Assembly (NCBI GenBank): GCA_963663165.1
Contig: OY760175.1
Coordinates: forward strand, 4,064,001-4,128,000
Length of the DNA: 64,000 nt
Source: an uncultured Desulfospira sp.
GTDB lineage: Bacteria; Desulfobacterota; Desulfobacteria; Desulfobacterales; Desulfobacteraceae
Reading direction: 5' to 3'
Shown in pieces: positions 1 to 11,373 of the stretch. Positions within the stretch are counted from its first letter, which is position 1, and each line of letters begins with the position of its first letter. A program made the translations under genes and the position numbers. The notes beneath the pieces were generated by a model that was not told the DNA's origin, did no database searches, and saw only the letters and a program-made list of their open reading frames with translations.

Positions 1-1905
<1,905 letters not shown>

Positions 1906-2077
1906 TCAAGTCATACAATATATGGCTTGAATTGTAAAGATACGGATAATAAATCGGATTCAGTAAATATTTAACCCTTTTCAAGGCTTGTTTATTTTTT
2001 CTATCCTGTGCTATACTCGCTCTTCATGAGTTAAAATTATTTACCAAATAAAAACAAATAGTTATAAAGGAGAATCC

Positions 2078-2692
2078 ATGGGATTTCTATCTTCTTCCCA
2101 TTCCATCAGCCGATACCATATAGAGGGTGAATTTGAAGACCAGGTCATGGAAACCATCAGAAACGGCCTGCTTAAAAACGCCATGCCGCCCATTGAAAGA
2201 GAACAGGAGGAAATTTCAGCGGGATGGGTTCCTTTTGAAAGCCCCTATGTTCCTGATTTTGAAAAATTTTCTTTTACTTTTGGTACGGTTTTTGTCTTTT
2301 CCCTAAGAATTGATAAAAAATCCATCCCCGCCAAACTGGTGCAAAAACATATGGCCATTGAAGTTGAAAAGAAAAAAGAAAAAACCGGCCGGGATTTTAT
2401 TTCAAAAAATGAAAAAGCTGAGATAAAAGAAATGATCACGGATATGCTGTTAACACAGATGCCGTCCATCCCCAATGTCTATGATGTGGTCTGGAACTAT
2501 GAAGAAAAAAATCTGATGCTGTTCACCACCCAGAAGGCCGTCAATGAATTTTTTGAAACCATTTTTCTAAAATCATTTAATCTTAAGGCCATCCGGATTT
2601 TTCCCTATACCCTGGTGGAAAAAAAATCCACATTCACCGCCCCGGAAAAAGACAGAATTCTGACCCTTTCCCCATTAAGTTTAAAGAGGTAA
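2078..2692 (+). CDS. rdgC: recombination-associated RdgC-like protein (N-terminal-half type)
   Basis: SAGWVPF...FSLRIDKKSIPAKLV...EKAEIKE pattern resembles RdgC; AAAGGAGA RBS. Confidence 0.7.
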   Translation: MGFLSSSHSISRYHIEGEFEDQVMETIRNGLLKNAMPPIEREQEEISAGWVPFESPYVPDFEKFSFTFGTVFVFSLRIDKKSIPAKLVQKHMAIEVEKKKEKTGRDFISKNEKAEIKEMITDMLLTQMPSIPNVYDVVWNYEEKNLMLFTTQKAVNEFFETIFLKSFNLKAIRIFPYTLVEKKSTFTAPEKDRILTLSPLSLKR

Positions 2693-2695
2693 CCC

Positions 2696-3241
2696 ATGCT
2701 TGATATTGCAACCGCATACAATAAATACAAATTCCTTGGCAATGAATTTTTAACCTGGATCTGGTACCTGATCGAAACGGACCAGGACATTTCAAAGCTG
2801 GCCGGATTGAATAAGGCGGTCCGCCTTGAGATCGGAAACAGCATCGTCCTTGAAAATTCCCTGGGGGACAAATCAAAGGAGAAAATCACTATTAAAGGCG
2901 ACCAGGCCGGTCTTGAAGAGGGAACCACAGCCTTAAAAAAAGGGGCCGTGGTTACGGAAATCAACCTTGCCTGCCGGCTCGATCAAAGACAGGATGATGA
3001 GGAAACCTATAAATTTACCATTAAAGGGGAAAGCTTTAACCTGACCAGCTTAAAGCTTCCGCCAACAGGAAAAGGCGAGACAAAAGATGATATAGAGGGC
3101 ATTGTCCTTGAAAAAGTCTATCTTTTATCAGAGCTTACACAGGTTATTGACACCCTGTTTTTAAAATTTATTGAGAAACGAATTTCAGATGACTGGAAAA
3201 ACCAGGAACTTCAGCAAATTAGGGACTGGATTAATTCTTAA
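2696..3241 (+). CDS. hypothetical protein, probable C-terminal-half partner of the RdgC-like protein
   Basis: FLGNEFLTWIW...EEGTTALKKG motif; 3 bp after the previous stop. Confidence 0.6.
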   Translation: MLDIATAYNKYKFLGNEFLTWIWYLIETDQDISKLAGLNKAVRLEIGNSIVLENSLGDKSKEKITIKGDQAGLEEGTTALKKGAVVTEINLACRLDQRQDDEETYKFTIKGESFNLTSLKLPPTGKGETKDDIEGIVLEKVYLLSELTQVIDTLFLKFIEKRISDDWKNQELQQIRDWINS

Positions 3242-3598
3242 CAGCAACTGAATAATAAAATGTTCAAAACAGCTCAGTTTTAAACACCGAAAAATTTTTC
3301 GGATAAAACGTTAAGGTTCTGCACTGTAATTAAACGGTTTATGAACAGGCCAAAATATGATTATTTTAAATGAATATAAATAATTAAAACTTTATTAACA
3401 TTCAAACACCCCTTATTATTATGATTATTTTTTTAAATAAATAATTATAAATAACAAACCTGAACCATTTTGATTTTCCGAATTTTGAAGATGGATTTTA
3501 AAACCCTGGTCTGCATTCATATATCCCTTGGATCAAAATCATCTTGCCGGTATGATCAATCTTTATTAAAATATAAATTATTGACCATTTTCTAACAG

Positions 3599-4111
3599 GT
3601 GCAGAGCATTTTGAACCAAACACCCCATGAAGACAGATGCAGGGCGCTTTTAACTTCCTTGAGGAAAATTATCCAGGCCATTGATATTCACTCCCGGATG
3701 CTCAATAAAAAGTTCGGCCTGACCGGTCCTCAACTCATTGTTCTCCAGGAAATCTTCAGTCACGGAGAAATTTCCATCACGCCGTTGTCCAAAAATACCA
3801 GCTTAAGCCAGGCCACGGTAACGGACATCACCAAACGCCTTGAGGTTAAAGGGCATATCTGCCGCAGGAAAAATGAAACCGACAAAAGAGCGGTCAGCCT
3901 CTCCTTAAGCGACCAGGGAAAAGAGGTGGTCAACAACCTGCCGCCCCTGCTCCAGGAAGAGTTCACTGAAAAATTTTTAACGCTTGAAAACTGGGAACAG
4001 ATGATGATCCTGGCCTCATTTGAGCGGGTGGTCACCCTGATGTCTGCAGAAGGGATTGATGCCTCTCCGGTCCTGGTTACCGGCCCCCTTCAAAAAAAGG
4101 TGCCGGTATAA
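3599..4111 (+). CDS. MarR-family transcriptional regulator
   Basis: GLTGPQLIVL...LSQATVTDITKRLE...DKRAV winged-helix signature; start uncertain. Confidence 0.9.
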   Translation: MQSILNQTPHEDRCRALLTSLRKIIQAIDIHSRMLNKKFGLTGPQLIVLQEIFSHGEISITPLSKNTSLSQATVTDITKRLEVKGHICRRKNETDKRAVSLSLSDQGKEVVNNLPPLLQEEFTEKFLTLENWEQMMILASFERVVTLMSAEGIDASPVLVTGPLQKKVPV

Positions 4112-4232
4112 TTGTGTCAAAAAATCCGACTTACGGATTCCGCATTGAATTTTACCAGGGCTGAATTATCTTCTCCAGGAAATCAGTTGTGTTTGCTTTT
4201 AAACCATACCAGTCCATTCATGGAGGATTATA

Positions 4233-5171
4233 ATGGCCAACCAATTTAAATCTGCGCTGCTCCTGACGGCAATGACCGCTCTGTTTTTAGGCATCGGATA
4301 TCTTTTAGGCGGCCAGGGGGGGATGTTTATTGCCCTGATTTTTGCCGCCGTTCTCAATATCGGGTCTTACTGGTATTCGGATAAGGTGGTGTTAAGCCGG
4401 TACAGGGCAAGACCCATAGAACGATCCGAGGCCCCCGGCCTTTACGACACCGTGGCAAAGCTTGCCGGCCAGGCCGGGCTGCCCATGCCAAAGGTCGCCA
4501 TCATTCCGGACCCGGCCCCCAATGCCTTTGCCACAGGCCGGAACCCTCAACACGCCGTTGTGGCCGTCACTCAGGGGCTGATGAATATGATGTCCCAGGA
4601 GGAGCTTGAAGGCGTCATTGCCCATGAACTCGGCCATGTCCGGAACCGGGATATCCTGGTATCCACCATTGCCGCCACCCTGGCCGGGGCCATCATGTGG
4701 ATCGCTTCTATTGCCCGGTTTTCAGCCTTTTTCGGCGGTGCCGGCGACAGGGATGAAGACGGTCTTGGAATCGTGGGGGTCCTGGTGGTTTCCATGCTGG
4801 CCCCGGTGGCGGCCATGATTGTTCAGATGGCTGTGTCCAGGTCCAGGGAATACATGGCAGACGCGGCATCCGCCAGCATCACCGGAAACCCGGGCGGCCT
4901 TGCCAGGGCCCTGGAAAAACTGGGATCATACGGCAGAACCCGGGGGCAGGTTCAGGCAAGTCCCTCCACAGCCCACATGTTTATTGTCACCCCCCTGTCC
5001 GGCCGCCGGATGGCCAGCCTGTTTTCCACCCACCCCTCCATTGAGGACCGGGTGGCCCGGCTGACAGGGTTTTCCAGACCTGGAAACCATTCACATGGAC
5101 ACGATGCCGATGCCCGAGGCCCCCAAAGCCAGGACGAACAGAGCCGGGCATTCTGGGACAGTTTGAAATAA
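4233..5171 (+). CDS. htpX: zinc metalloprotease HtpX (M48)
   Basis: PNAFATGR, AHELGH (HExxH), SRSREYMAD, STHP motifs; N-terminal TM helices. Confidence 0.95.
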   Translation: MANQFKSALLLTAMTALFLGIGYLLGGQGGMFIALIFAAVLNIGSYWYSDKVVLSRYRARPIERSEAPGLYDTVAKLAGQAGLPMPKVAIIPDPAPNAFATGRNPQHAVVAVTQGLMNMMSQEELEGVIAHELGHVRNRDILVSTIAATLAGAIMWIASIARFSAFFGGAGDRDEDGLGIVGVLVVSMLAPVAAMIVQMAVSRSREYMADAASASITGNPGGLARALEKLGSYGRTRGQVQASPSTAHMFIVTPLSGRRMASLFSTHPSIEDRVARLTGFSRPGNHSHGHDADARGPQSQDEQSRAFWDSLK

Positions 5172-5292
5172 AGGATTCAGGCCGATTCCAGCATTGTGGT
5201 CCCAATAAACAATTGACGCCTGACAGACAACCATATATTCCTAAACAATAAAGAGGCACATTATAGAAATAACGATTAGCAATCTGAATTAA

Positions 5293-6265
5293 ATGACCTT
5301 TATCGAAAAAACGAGACTGGCTGTATCAAAAGAAATATCCCCGGAGAAAAAGTCTCAACTGGGCCAATTCTTTACTCCCGAATCCATTGCCCGATTCATG
5401 GCGGATATGTTTGTTCACGGTAAAAACAGCCAATGCCGCCTGCTGGATGCCGGCGCCGGAATAGGCTCGCTTTCAACTGCCTTTCTGGAGAAATGGGCAT
5501 CCGGTAAATCCTGTTTTGAGCATGTTCAGCTGGACGCTTTTGAAGTCGATACATCCTTGATACCCGATTTAACACGGGTATTGGATTGTCTTCTTGGAGG
5601 ATCAAGAAAAATTTATTCATATTCCGACATCACCCGAAATCAATACCCCTGAATTTTACCCATCTATCCGAAATTCGCTATCAGATTTGAGCATTAATGT
5701 TTCTACCGGGCCGGTAGTGGATTTCCGGGTAAAAAAACATCTGCGTGAAATGCCTGAAGAACATACGGTTCCCCTTCTTTACCCAACACATTTCATCGAC
5801 AACGGGTGCCAATGGCCAAAACAGGGGATAAAAAAACCAAACGCTATCAAACGGAACCATCATACTGAAAAATGGCTTTATCCAAATGGTTTCTATTGTG
5901 TAGTCCGCAGATTTTCATCAAAAGAAGAAAAACGCCGTATTGTAGCCAGTATTGTTGATCCTCTGCAATTTCCCGATGCCCCTGTAATAGGATTTGAAAA
6001 TCACCTCAATGTGTTTCATAACGGTAAAAGAGGGTTGCCAAAGGCATTGGCGTTTGGCATTGCGCTATTTTTAAATTCAACCGCAGTTGATCAATATTTT
6101 AGAACGTTCAACGGCCATACGCAGGTCAATGCAACAGATCTTAAACAAATTAGATACCCGAATCGGAACACCTTGATGACCATGGGAGATTGGGCAATGG
6201 CCCAAGCTGAGCTCAACCAGGATTTGATTGATGATAAACTGGAAAAGGTATTGAATGAACCATAA
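5293..6265 (+). pseudogene. BsuBI/PstI (Eco57I-like) N6-adenine DNA methyltransferase, internally deleted and frameshifted
   Basis: Fragment 1 has GQFFTP and LDAGAGIG (motif I). Fragment 2, in another frame, has VSTGPVVDFR...FENHLN...GHTQVNATDL. No NPPY motif IV is present in either; junction near 5585-5600. Confidence 0.85.
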
Positions 6266-7136
6266 AAAGGATAACCTTTCTGCGGCGCACAAAATTCTCA
6301 TATCACTGGGCCTTCCAAGGGCTCAGCAAAATGAACGTTCCGCACTTTGCCTGCTTTCTTTGCTCAATCTTTCACCGGAAAAATCATGGCCCCAAGCTGA
6401 AAATCCATTGATGGGGATCACACCGATAATGGATTGGATCCGAGATTATTATCAAAAGAATTATGCGCCAAACACAAGGGAAACCGTCCGCCGACAAACC
6501 ATGCACCAATTTGTGGATGCCGGGATTGCACTGTATAACCCGGATGATCCGAACAGACCGGTGAACAGCCCTAAGGCTGTCTATCAAATAGAACCGGCTG
6601 CATTACATCTGCTGCAAAGTTTTGACACCAGAAAATGGCACGATAACCTGACAGATTATCTGGCTGAACGGGAGACCCTTGCCGCCCGCTATGCCCAGGA
6701 ACGAGAACAAAACCGAGTGCCTGTGCAAATTCGACCAGAAAAGAGAATTACGCTTAGCCCGGGTGAACACAGCGAACTGATCCGGGACATAATTGAAGAT
6801 TTTGCACCCCGGTTTGCACCTGGGAGTACACTGGTTTATGCCGGGGACACCGGGGACAAATGGGGTTATTTCGATGCGGCACTTCTTGACTCATTAGGCG
6901 TTGATATTGGCTCCCACGGCAAAATGCCTGATGTCATATTGAACTATGCCAAGAAAGGGTGGCTGCTGTTGGTCGAATCCGTAACAAGCCATGGGCCGGT
7001 GGATGGAAAAAGGCATTCGGAACTGTCACAGTTATTTTCCGGCGCAACGCCGGGAATCGTGTATGTGACGGCTTTTCCCAACCGCTTAGATATGACGGTC
7101 AGAGCCCTCAGGCTGAGGGCTCTGAGCGGTAATTAA
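6255..7136 (+). pseudogene. BsuBI/PstI-family type II restriction endonuclease, probably C-terminally truncated
   Basis: YAPNTRETVRRQTMHQF, LSPGEHS, HGKMPDV, ESVTSHGP, YVTAFP. The sequence then runs into the neighbour's terminator hairpin instead of the usual AWETEVW...HFNG tail. Confidence 0.8.
7100..7124 (-). terminator. hairpin after the small zinc-ribbon gene
   Basis: CAGAGCCCTCA-ggc-TGAGGGCTCTG perfect inverted repeat. Confidence 0.55.
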
Positions 7137-7333
7137 TACCCCGGGTAATTTTCAGGGACAAGGGCGTCGTTCATCTCGAACATCTGCCCCATGTGGTCCA
7201 GCTCGTAAGGCAGCCCGGCATAATCATCATGGGCGCCGTCAACCCCGACAGTATTGTCAAACCCACAAACAGAACAGATGCTTGTGCGGGGAGACAACAA
7301 CATACCGCAGTCCATGCAAAAATCCTTCGACAT
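7133..7333 (-). CDS. small zinc-ribbon protein (66 aa)
   Basis: CMDCG...CSVCG double CxxC; AAAGGAGA RBS before the ATG. Confidence 0.7.
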   Translation of the reverse strand: MSKDFCMDCGMLLSPRTSICSVCGFDNTVGVDGAHDDYAGLPYELDHMGQMFEMNDALVPENYPGY

Positions 7334-7443
7334 TGTTTTCTCCTTTACAATAATGTTGTGGTTTGGATGGGATTTGCACAGCTTTAAACGTCAAATCCCT
7401 ATAGCGTGTTACCTTCAGTAAGGTAACCTCATCCACTTTGATG

Positions 7444-8028
7444 TCAAGATTGAAATTCTTCCACAGGCTTTCCTTTTTCAATGGCCAAGTTAAGATCTTC
7501 CAGGTGTTTATTATAAAGGTCTAGAATATATTCGAGCTTGCAAAAGAACTCATCATCTTCCCCGATAAGCTGCCTTGCTTTGTCCAGCAGAAGGCCGGCC
7601 GTTTCACAGAAACCCTCCATTTCCTCGAACAGTCTTTTTCGGTTTTCATGCTTTTGCTTTTCCTGGGCAATTACAGGCCGCAGCTGCCGGATGGAAAATT
7701 CCACCAACACATCCCGCGGCAGTTCGTACTCCCTTGCAAAGGCGTCCAGCCGGCTCAATGAGTTCTTGCTTAAAACAAATGTTTTTTGTTTGCGCTGGTT
7801 TTTTTGAGGCTGGTATTTCCTGGCTTTGCCGGCAATCTGGTCCAGGGTCTGTTTATCTTCCACGAGATGGTCGAAGATGGATTTTTGTTTAATCCCAAGC
7901 TGGTTCGCAACGGTGCTGAGCAGATTAATGGTGGTTCTGGGAAGGGTAAATGTTGCTCGAACCGACTGCATTCCTTTAAGGGCATCTAAGGACAGGTTGG
8001 TGTTATTTGATTTCGATTCGTTCATCAT
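7444..8028 (-). CDS. hypothetical protein with two ribbon-helix-helix-like repeats and a coiled-coil tail
   Basis: SVRATFTLPRTTINLL...GIKQKSIFD and KQKTFVLSKNSLSRL...LPRDVLVE; AGGAG RBS. Confidence 0.65.
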   Translation of the reverse strand: MMNESKSNNTNLSLDALKGMQSVRATFTLPRTTINLLSTVANQLGIKQKSIFDHLVEDKQTLDQIAGKARKYQPQKNQRKQKTFVLSKNSLSRLDAFAREYELPRDVLVEFSIRQLRPVIAQEKQKHENRKRLFEEMEGFCETAGLLLDKARQLIGEDDEFFCKLEYILDLYNKHLEDLNLAIEKGKPVEEFQS

Positions 8029-8049
8029 TTTATATCTCCTTTTTTGAAG

Positions 8050-8135
8050 AAAGTAACCCTATCATATTACTTTGTCAATAATTATAAAAATAATAATGAA
8101 AATTATATTGACATGTTATTTTTTATATCTATTTT
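8050..8135. promoter_or_regulatory. back-to-back sigma70-type promoters
   Basis: Minus strand: TTGACA(8078-8073)-N17-TACTTT. Plus strand: TTGACA(8108-8113)-N16-TATTTT. AT-rich spacer between them. Confidence 0.55.
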
Positions 8136-8199
8136 AATTCCAAGTTCAACACAGGGCCGGAAAAAACCGGCCATAACCCATAACAAAGGAGTAGGAACT

Positions 8200-8646
8200 A
8201 TGTTTACAAGAATGAGCGAGATCGACAAAATGTTCGGGGCCATGGATCTGCTCCGAACCAAAATGGATCAGATTTTCAACGATTATGACAGACCCTGGGC
8301 CGCTGGTCCGGCCTTTGCACCGGCTTCAAACTCACCCCGTACCAACCTGTTTGAAAAGGGGGATACCTTTGAAGTCCAGGCCGAAGTCCCCGGAATTTCC
8401 AAAGAGGACCTGAACATTAAAATCCAGGGAAATTACCTTGAAATCAGCGGCAAACGGACCGTAAAACCGCCTGAAAATTACAAGGTCCACCGGAACGAAA
8501 GAGCTGCCAGTACGTTTTCCCGCAGCTTTACCCTGCCCGAGGAGGTTGACGCGGACAAGGTAGAGGCCCAGCTCAAAGACGGGATCCTTTATTTGACGCT
8601 GCCCAAATCGGAAACCGCCAAACCCAGACAGATCACCATTCATTAA
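8200..8646 (+). CDS. Hsp20/alpha-crystallin small heat-shock protein
   Basis: AEVPGISKEDL...FSRSFTLP...LKDGILYLTLPK; start moved to ATG 8200 after AAAGGAG. Confidence 0.93.
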   Translation: MFTRMSEIDKMFGAMDLLRTKMDQIFNDYDRPWAAGPAFAPASNSPRTNLFEKGDTFEVQAEVPGISKEDLNIKIQGNYLEISGKRTVKPPENYKVHRNERAASTFSRSFTLPEEVDADKVEAQLKDGILYLTLPKSETAKPRQITIH

Positions 8647-8677
8647 TGGAACCATAAAAGCAATTCAGGAGGTTATC

Positions 8678-9064
8678 ATGAATAACGGTAAAGATATGAC
8701 CCAAAAAGAAAACAACCCCATTGAGAAAACCCGGGCCTTAAGATCGGTGGTCCCATGGGTGGACATCTACGAAAACGAGGACGAAATCCTGGTTCATGCC
8801 GATATGCCGGGGGTAACCAAAGAGGAAATCTCAGTGAATATCGACAATGGAACCCTGTCTATTTCCGGTGTCAGACGGTTTGAGCATAAAGGGGCGTCCA
8901 AATGGAAGGAATTTGATGACGTTGAGTATACCAGAAAATTTTCCATTCCCCAGACCATTGATGTGGAACAGGTTAAAGCCGAGTTGAAAGACGGTGTTCT
9001 CAAACTTCACCTGCCCAAATCCGAGGCAGCCAAACCCAAAATGATTGAGATCAAAGCGGCATAA
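8678..9064 (+). CDS. Hsp20/alpha-crystallin small heat-shock protein
   Basis: VDIYE...ADMPGV...LKDGVLKLHLPK; AGGAGG RBS. Confidence 0.93.
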   Translation: MNNGKDMTQKENNPIEKTRALRSVVPWVDIYENEDEILVHADMPGVTKEEISVNIDNGTLSISGVRRFEHKGASKWKEFDDVEYTRKFSIPQTIDVEQVKAELKDGVLKLHLPKSEAAKPKMIEIKAA

Positions 9065-9176
9065 CCGTTTAAGGCAAGACACCGTCTCCTCTCATGAAAG
9101 GATGGCCGGGGCACATGAAATACCGTTAGCCCCGGCCATCCATGAACAAAACTTAAAACCGCAAAGGAGGCAGATT

Positions 9177-9728
9177 ATGGATATCAAAAAATTAGCCCCA
9201 TGGAATTGGTTTAAAAAAGAAGATAACGGCAGCGGCCATGCTGTTCCGGTAAAACCCGGCAAGAATGAGCAATTTTATGCGCTCAGCCCCTTTCACAGCG
9301 AGGTAGACCGCCTGTTTGATGAATTTTTTGACGGGTTCGGGTTATCCCCCTTAGGGTCAGGACTCCGGATGCCTGAAGGGATGGCCGGCGGCATGTTAAA
9401 GCCAAAGCTTGATCTAAGTGCCGCTGACAAAGAATACACGGTTTCCGTGGAGGTTCCGGGCGTCAGTGAAAAAGATGTAAGCCTGGAACTGACCAGGGAC
9501 ACCCTGACAATCCGTGGGGAAAAGAAACAGGAAAAAGAAGAAAAAAACAACAGCTTTTACCGGCTTGAACGCGCTTACGGATCTTTTCAGCGCATTCTGT
9601 CGTTGCCCGAAGACGCGGACAAGGACCATATCAAAGCCAATTTTAAAAACGGGGTCCTGAAAATTGCCATCCCCAGAGTGAAAGCGGCTGGCCGGCAGGC
9701 TAAACAAATTGAAATCAAAGCGGCATGA
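9177..9728 (+). CDS. Hsp20/alpha-crystallin small heat-shock protein
   Basis: MDIKKLAPWNWF...ERAYGSFQRILSLP...FKNGVLKI; AAGGAGG RBS before ATG 9177. Confidence 0.93.
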   Translation: MDIKKLAPWNWFKKEDNGSGHAVPVKPGKNEQFYALSPFHSEVDRLFDEFFDGFGLSPLGSGLRMPEGMAGGMLKPKLDLSAADKEYTVSVEVPGVSEKDVSLELTRDTLTIRGEKKQEKEEKNNSFYRLERAYGSFQRILSLPEDADKDHIKANFKNGVLKIAIPRVKAAGRQAKQIEIKAA

Positions 9729-9740
9729 GAATAAGGCATT

Positions 9741-9819
9741 TAGGCTGAAGACTGAAGGCTGAAGAATATTGCCCTCAAATATTGGGCCTTCAGCCTCTAC
9801 CCCTTCAGCCTAACAGCCT
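9741..9819. repeat. period-7 tandem-repeat hairpin (GGCTGAA / TTCAGCC)
   Basis: aggctgaagactgaaggctgaag ... cttcagcctctaccccttcagcctaacagcct, between convergent genes. Confidence 0.7.
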
Positions 9820-9850
9820 GTTAAAATGAGTAACTTTTGCTTCAAATACA

Positions 9851-11266
9851 CTACATGTCCTCGAGTTCCCTGCCTTTGGTCTCCTTAACAAACACAAACA
9901 CAAAAAAGATGGAAAAGGTCGCAAACACCGCATAGATGCCGTAAGCGATACTCAACCCCATGCTCTCTGTAATGGGCGGAAAGGTCGTGGACACCAGGAA
10001 ATTGGCGATCCATTGCATGCTGGCCGCAAGAGACAGGGCCGCGGCCCTGATTTTGTTGGGAAACATCTCCCCAAGCAGCACCCAGACCACCGGTCCCCAG
10101 GAACAGCCAAAGGAAAACACATACAGATTGGCCGCCACCAGGGCCATAATCCCTGCCATGCCCGAAAGCACGGGCTGACCGGTTTCAGGGCTGATCTGGG
10201 CGGTGCCGAAAATTACGGCCATGGTGGTCAGGGTGATGGCCATGCCGATGGACCCGATTAACAGCAGGGGTTTTCGGCCCCACCGGTCCACATACCGGAT
10301 GGCGATCAGGGTGGTAACAATATTGACAACCCCGGTAATAACGGCGATCTGAAGGGCATGGGATTCGGTAAACCCCACGGCCCGCCAGAGGGTTGTCCCA
10401 TAGTAAAAGATAACATTGATGCCCACCAGTTGCTGGAGCATGGACAGGATCATGCCGGTCCAGACAATGGGCAGCAGGCCGAAGCCACCCAGCAGGTCGG
10501 AAAATCTGGGCTTATGTTCCGTCCCCATGGTGGCCTTAATTTCTGCGACTTTCTGTTGGGCACCCCGGCCCATCACCTTTTCTAAAACAGCTGCGGCCAG
10601 GGCATCCTTGCCTTTGGCCACCAGGTACCGGGGCGATTCGGGAATCACAAAAGAGAACAGCCCGTAAATTACCGCGGCCGGTGCTTCCGACCAGAACATC
10701 CACTGCCAGCCTTTAAACCCGAGCCACCCTGTTCCTTCAGCAGACCCGCCCGCAGAACTGGCAATACCAAAATCCGAAAGCAGGGCAATAAAAATCCCCA
10801 CCACAATGGCCAGCTGCTGCAGCGAGGCCAGGCGGCCGCGCAGATGGGCCGGAGAAACCTCGGCAATATAAGCCGGCGCAATCACACTGGCAGCCCCCAC
10901 ACCGATTCCCCCCAGGATCCGCCAGAAGATAAAATCCAAAAGTCCCACCGGAAACCCGGACCCCAGGGCACTGATGAAAAAAAGGACCGCGGCAATGGTC
11001 ATGGTCCGGATCCGGCCGATGCGGTCGGCTATGGGGCCTGCGGCCAGGGCACCGGCAGCCGATCCGAGCAGGGCCAGGGATACGGCAAGACCGATCTGAA
11101 GAGACGTGGCCTTGAAAACATTTTGTACCGCAACCACGGCGCCGCTGATCACGGCGGTGTCAAATCCGAATAAAAAGCCGCCAAGGGCGGCGGCTGACGC
11201 AATCAGGATAACGAAACCGGTCCCTGGCGAAGGGGGCCGGGCTTCTCCTGCATCTGATAAAGTCAT
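9851..11266 (-). CDS. sugar porter family MFS transporter (GlcP-like glucose/H+ symporter)
   Basis: GGFLFGFDTAVISG, ADRIGR, PESPRYL, QQLVGINVIFYY, ETKGRELE; 12-TM pattern. Confidence 0.93.
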   Translation of the reverse strand: MTLSDAGEARPPSPGTGFVILIASAAALGGFLFGFDTAVISGAVVAVQNVFKATSLQIGLAVSLALLGSAAGALAAGPIADRIGRIRTMTIAAVLFFISALGSGFPVGLLDFIFWRILGGIGVGAASVIAPAYIAEVSPAHLRGRLASLQQLAIVVGIFIALLSDFGIASSAGGSAEGTGWLGFKGWQWMFWSEAPAAVIYGLFSFVIPESPRYLVAKGKDALAAAVLEKVMGRGAQQKVAEIKATMGTEHKPRFSDLLGGFGLLPIVWTGMILSMLQQLVGINVIFYYGTTLWRAVGFTESHALQIAVITGVVNIVTTLIAIRYVDRWGRKPLLLIGSIGMAITLTTMAVIFGTAQISPETGQPVLSGMAGIMALVAANLYVFSFGCSWGPVVWVLLGEMFPNKIRAAALSLAASMQWIANFLVSTTFPPITESMGLSIAYGIYAVFATFSIFFVFVFVKETKGRELEDM

Positions 11267-11373
11267 GGTGTTTCCTTTCTTTGCAAGCGCTTAGCCGTTA
11301 GCTGTCTGCCGCCAGCGAATCGCTGATTTTTCCATTATTAATGATATTCATATGGGGCTGTCTTAAGGCGGAG

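Noticed and set aside
8044..8199. Long N-terminal extensions of ORFs in the track (first and third Hsp20, hypF, flagellin)
   Set aside because: Downstream ATGs match the family N-termini and mostly have clear RBSs.
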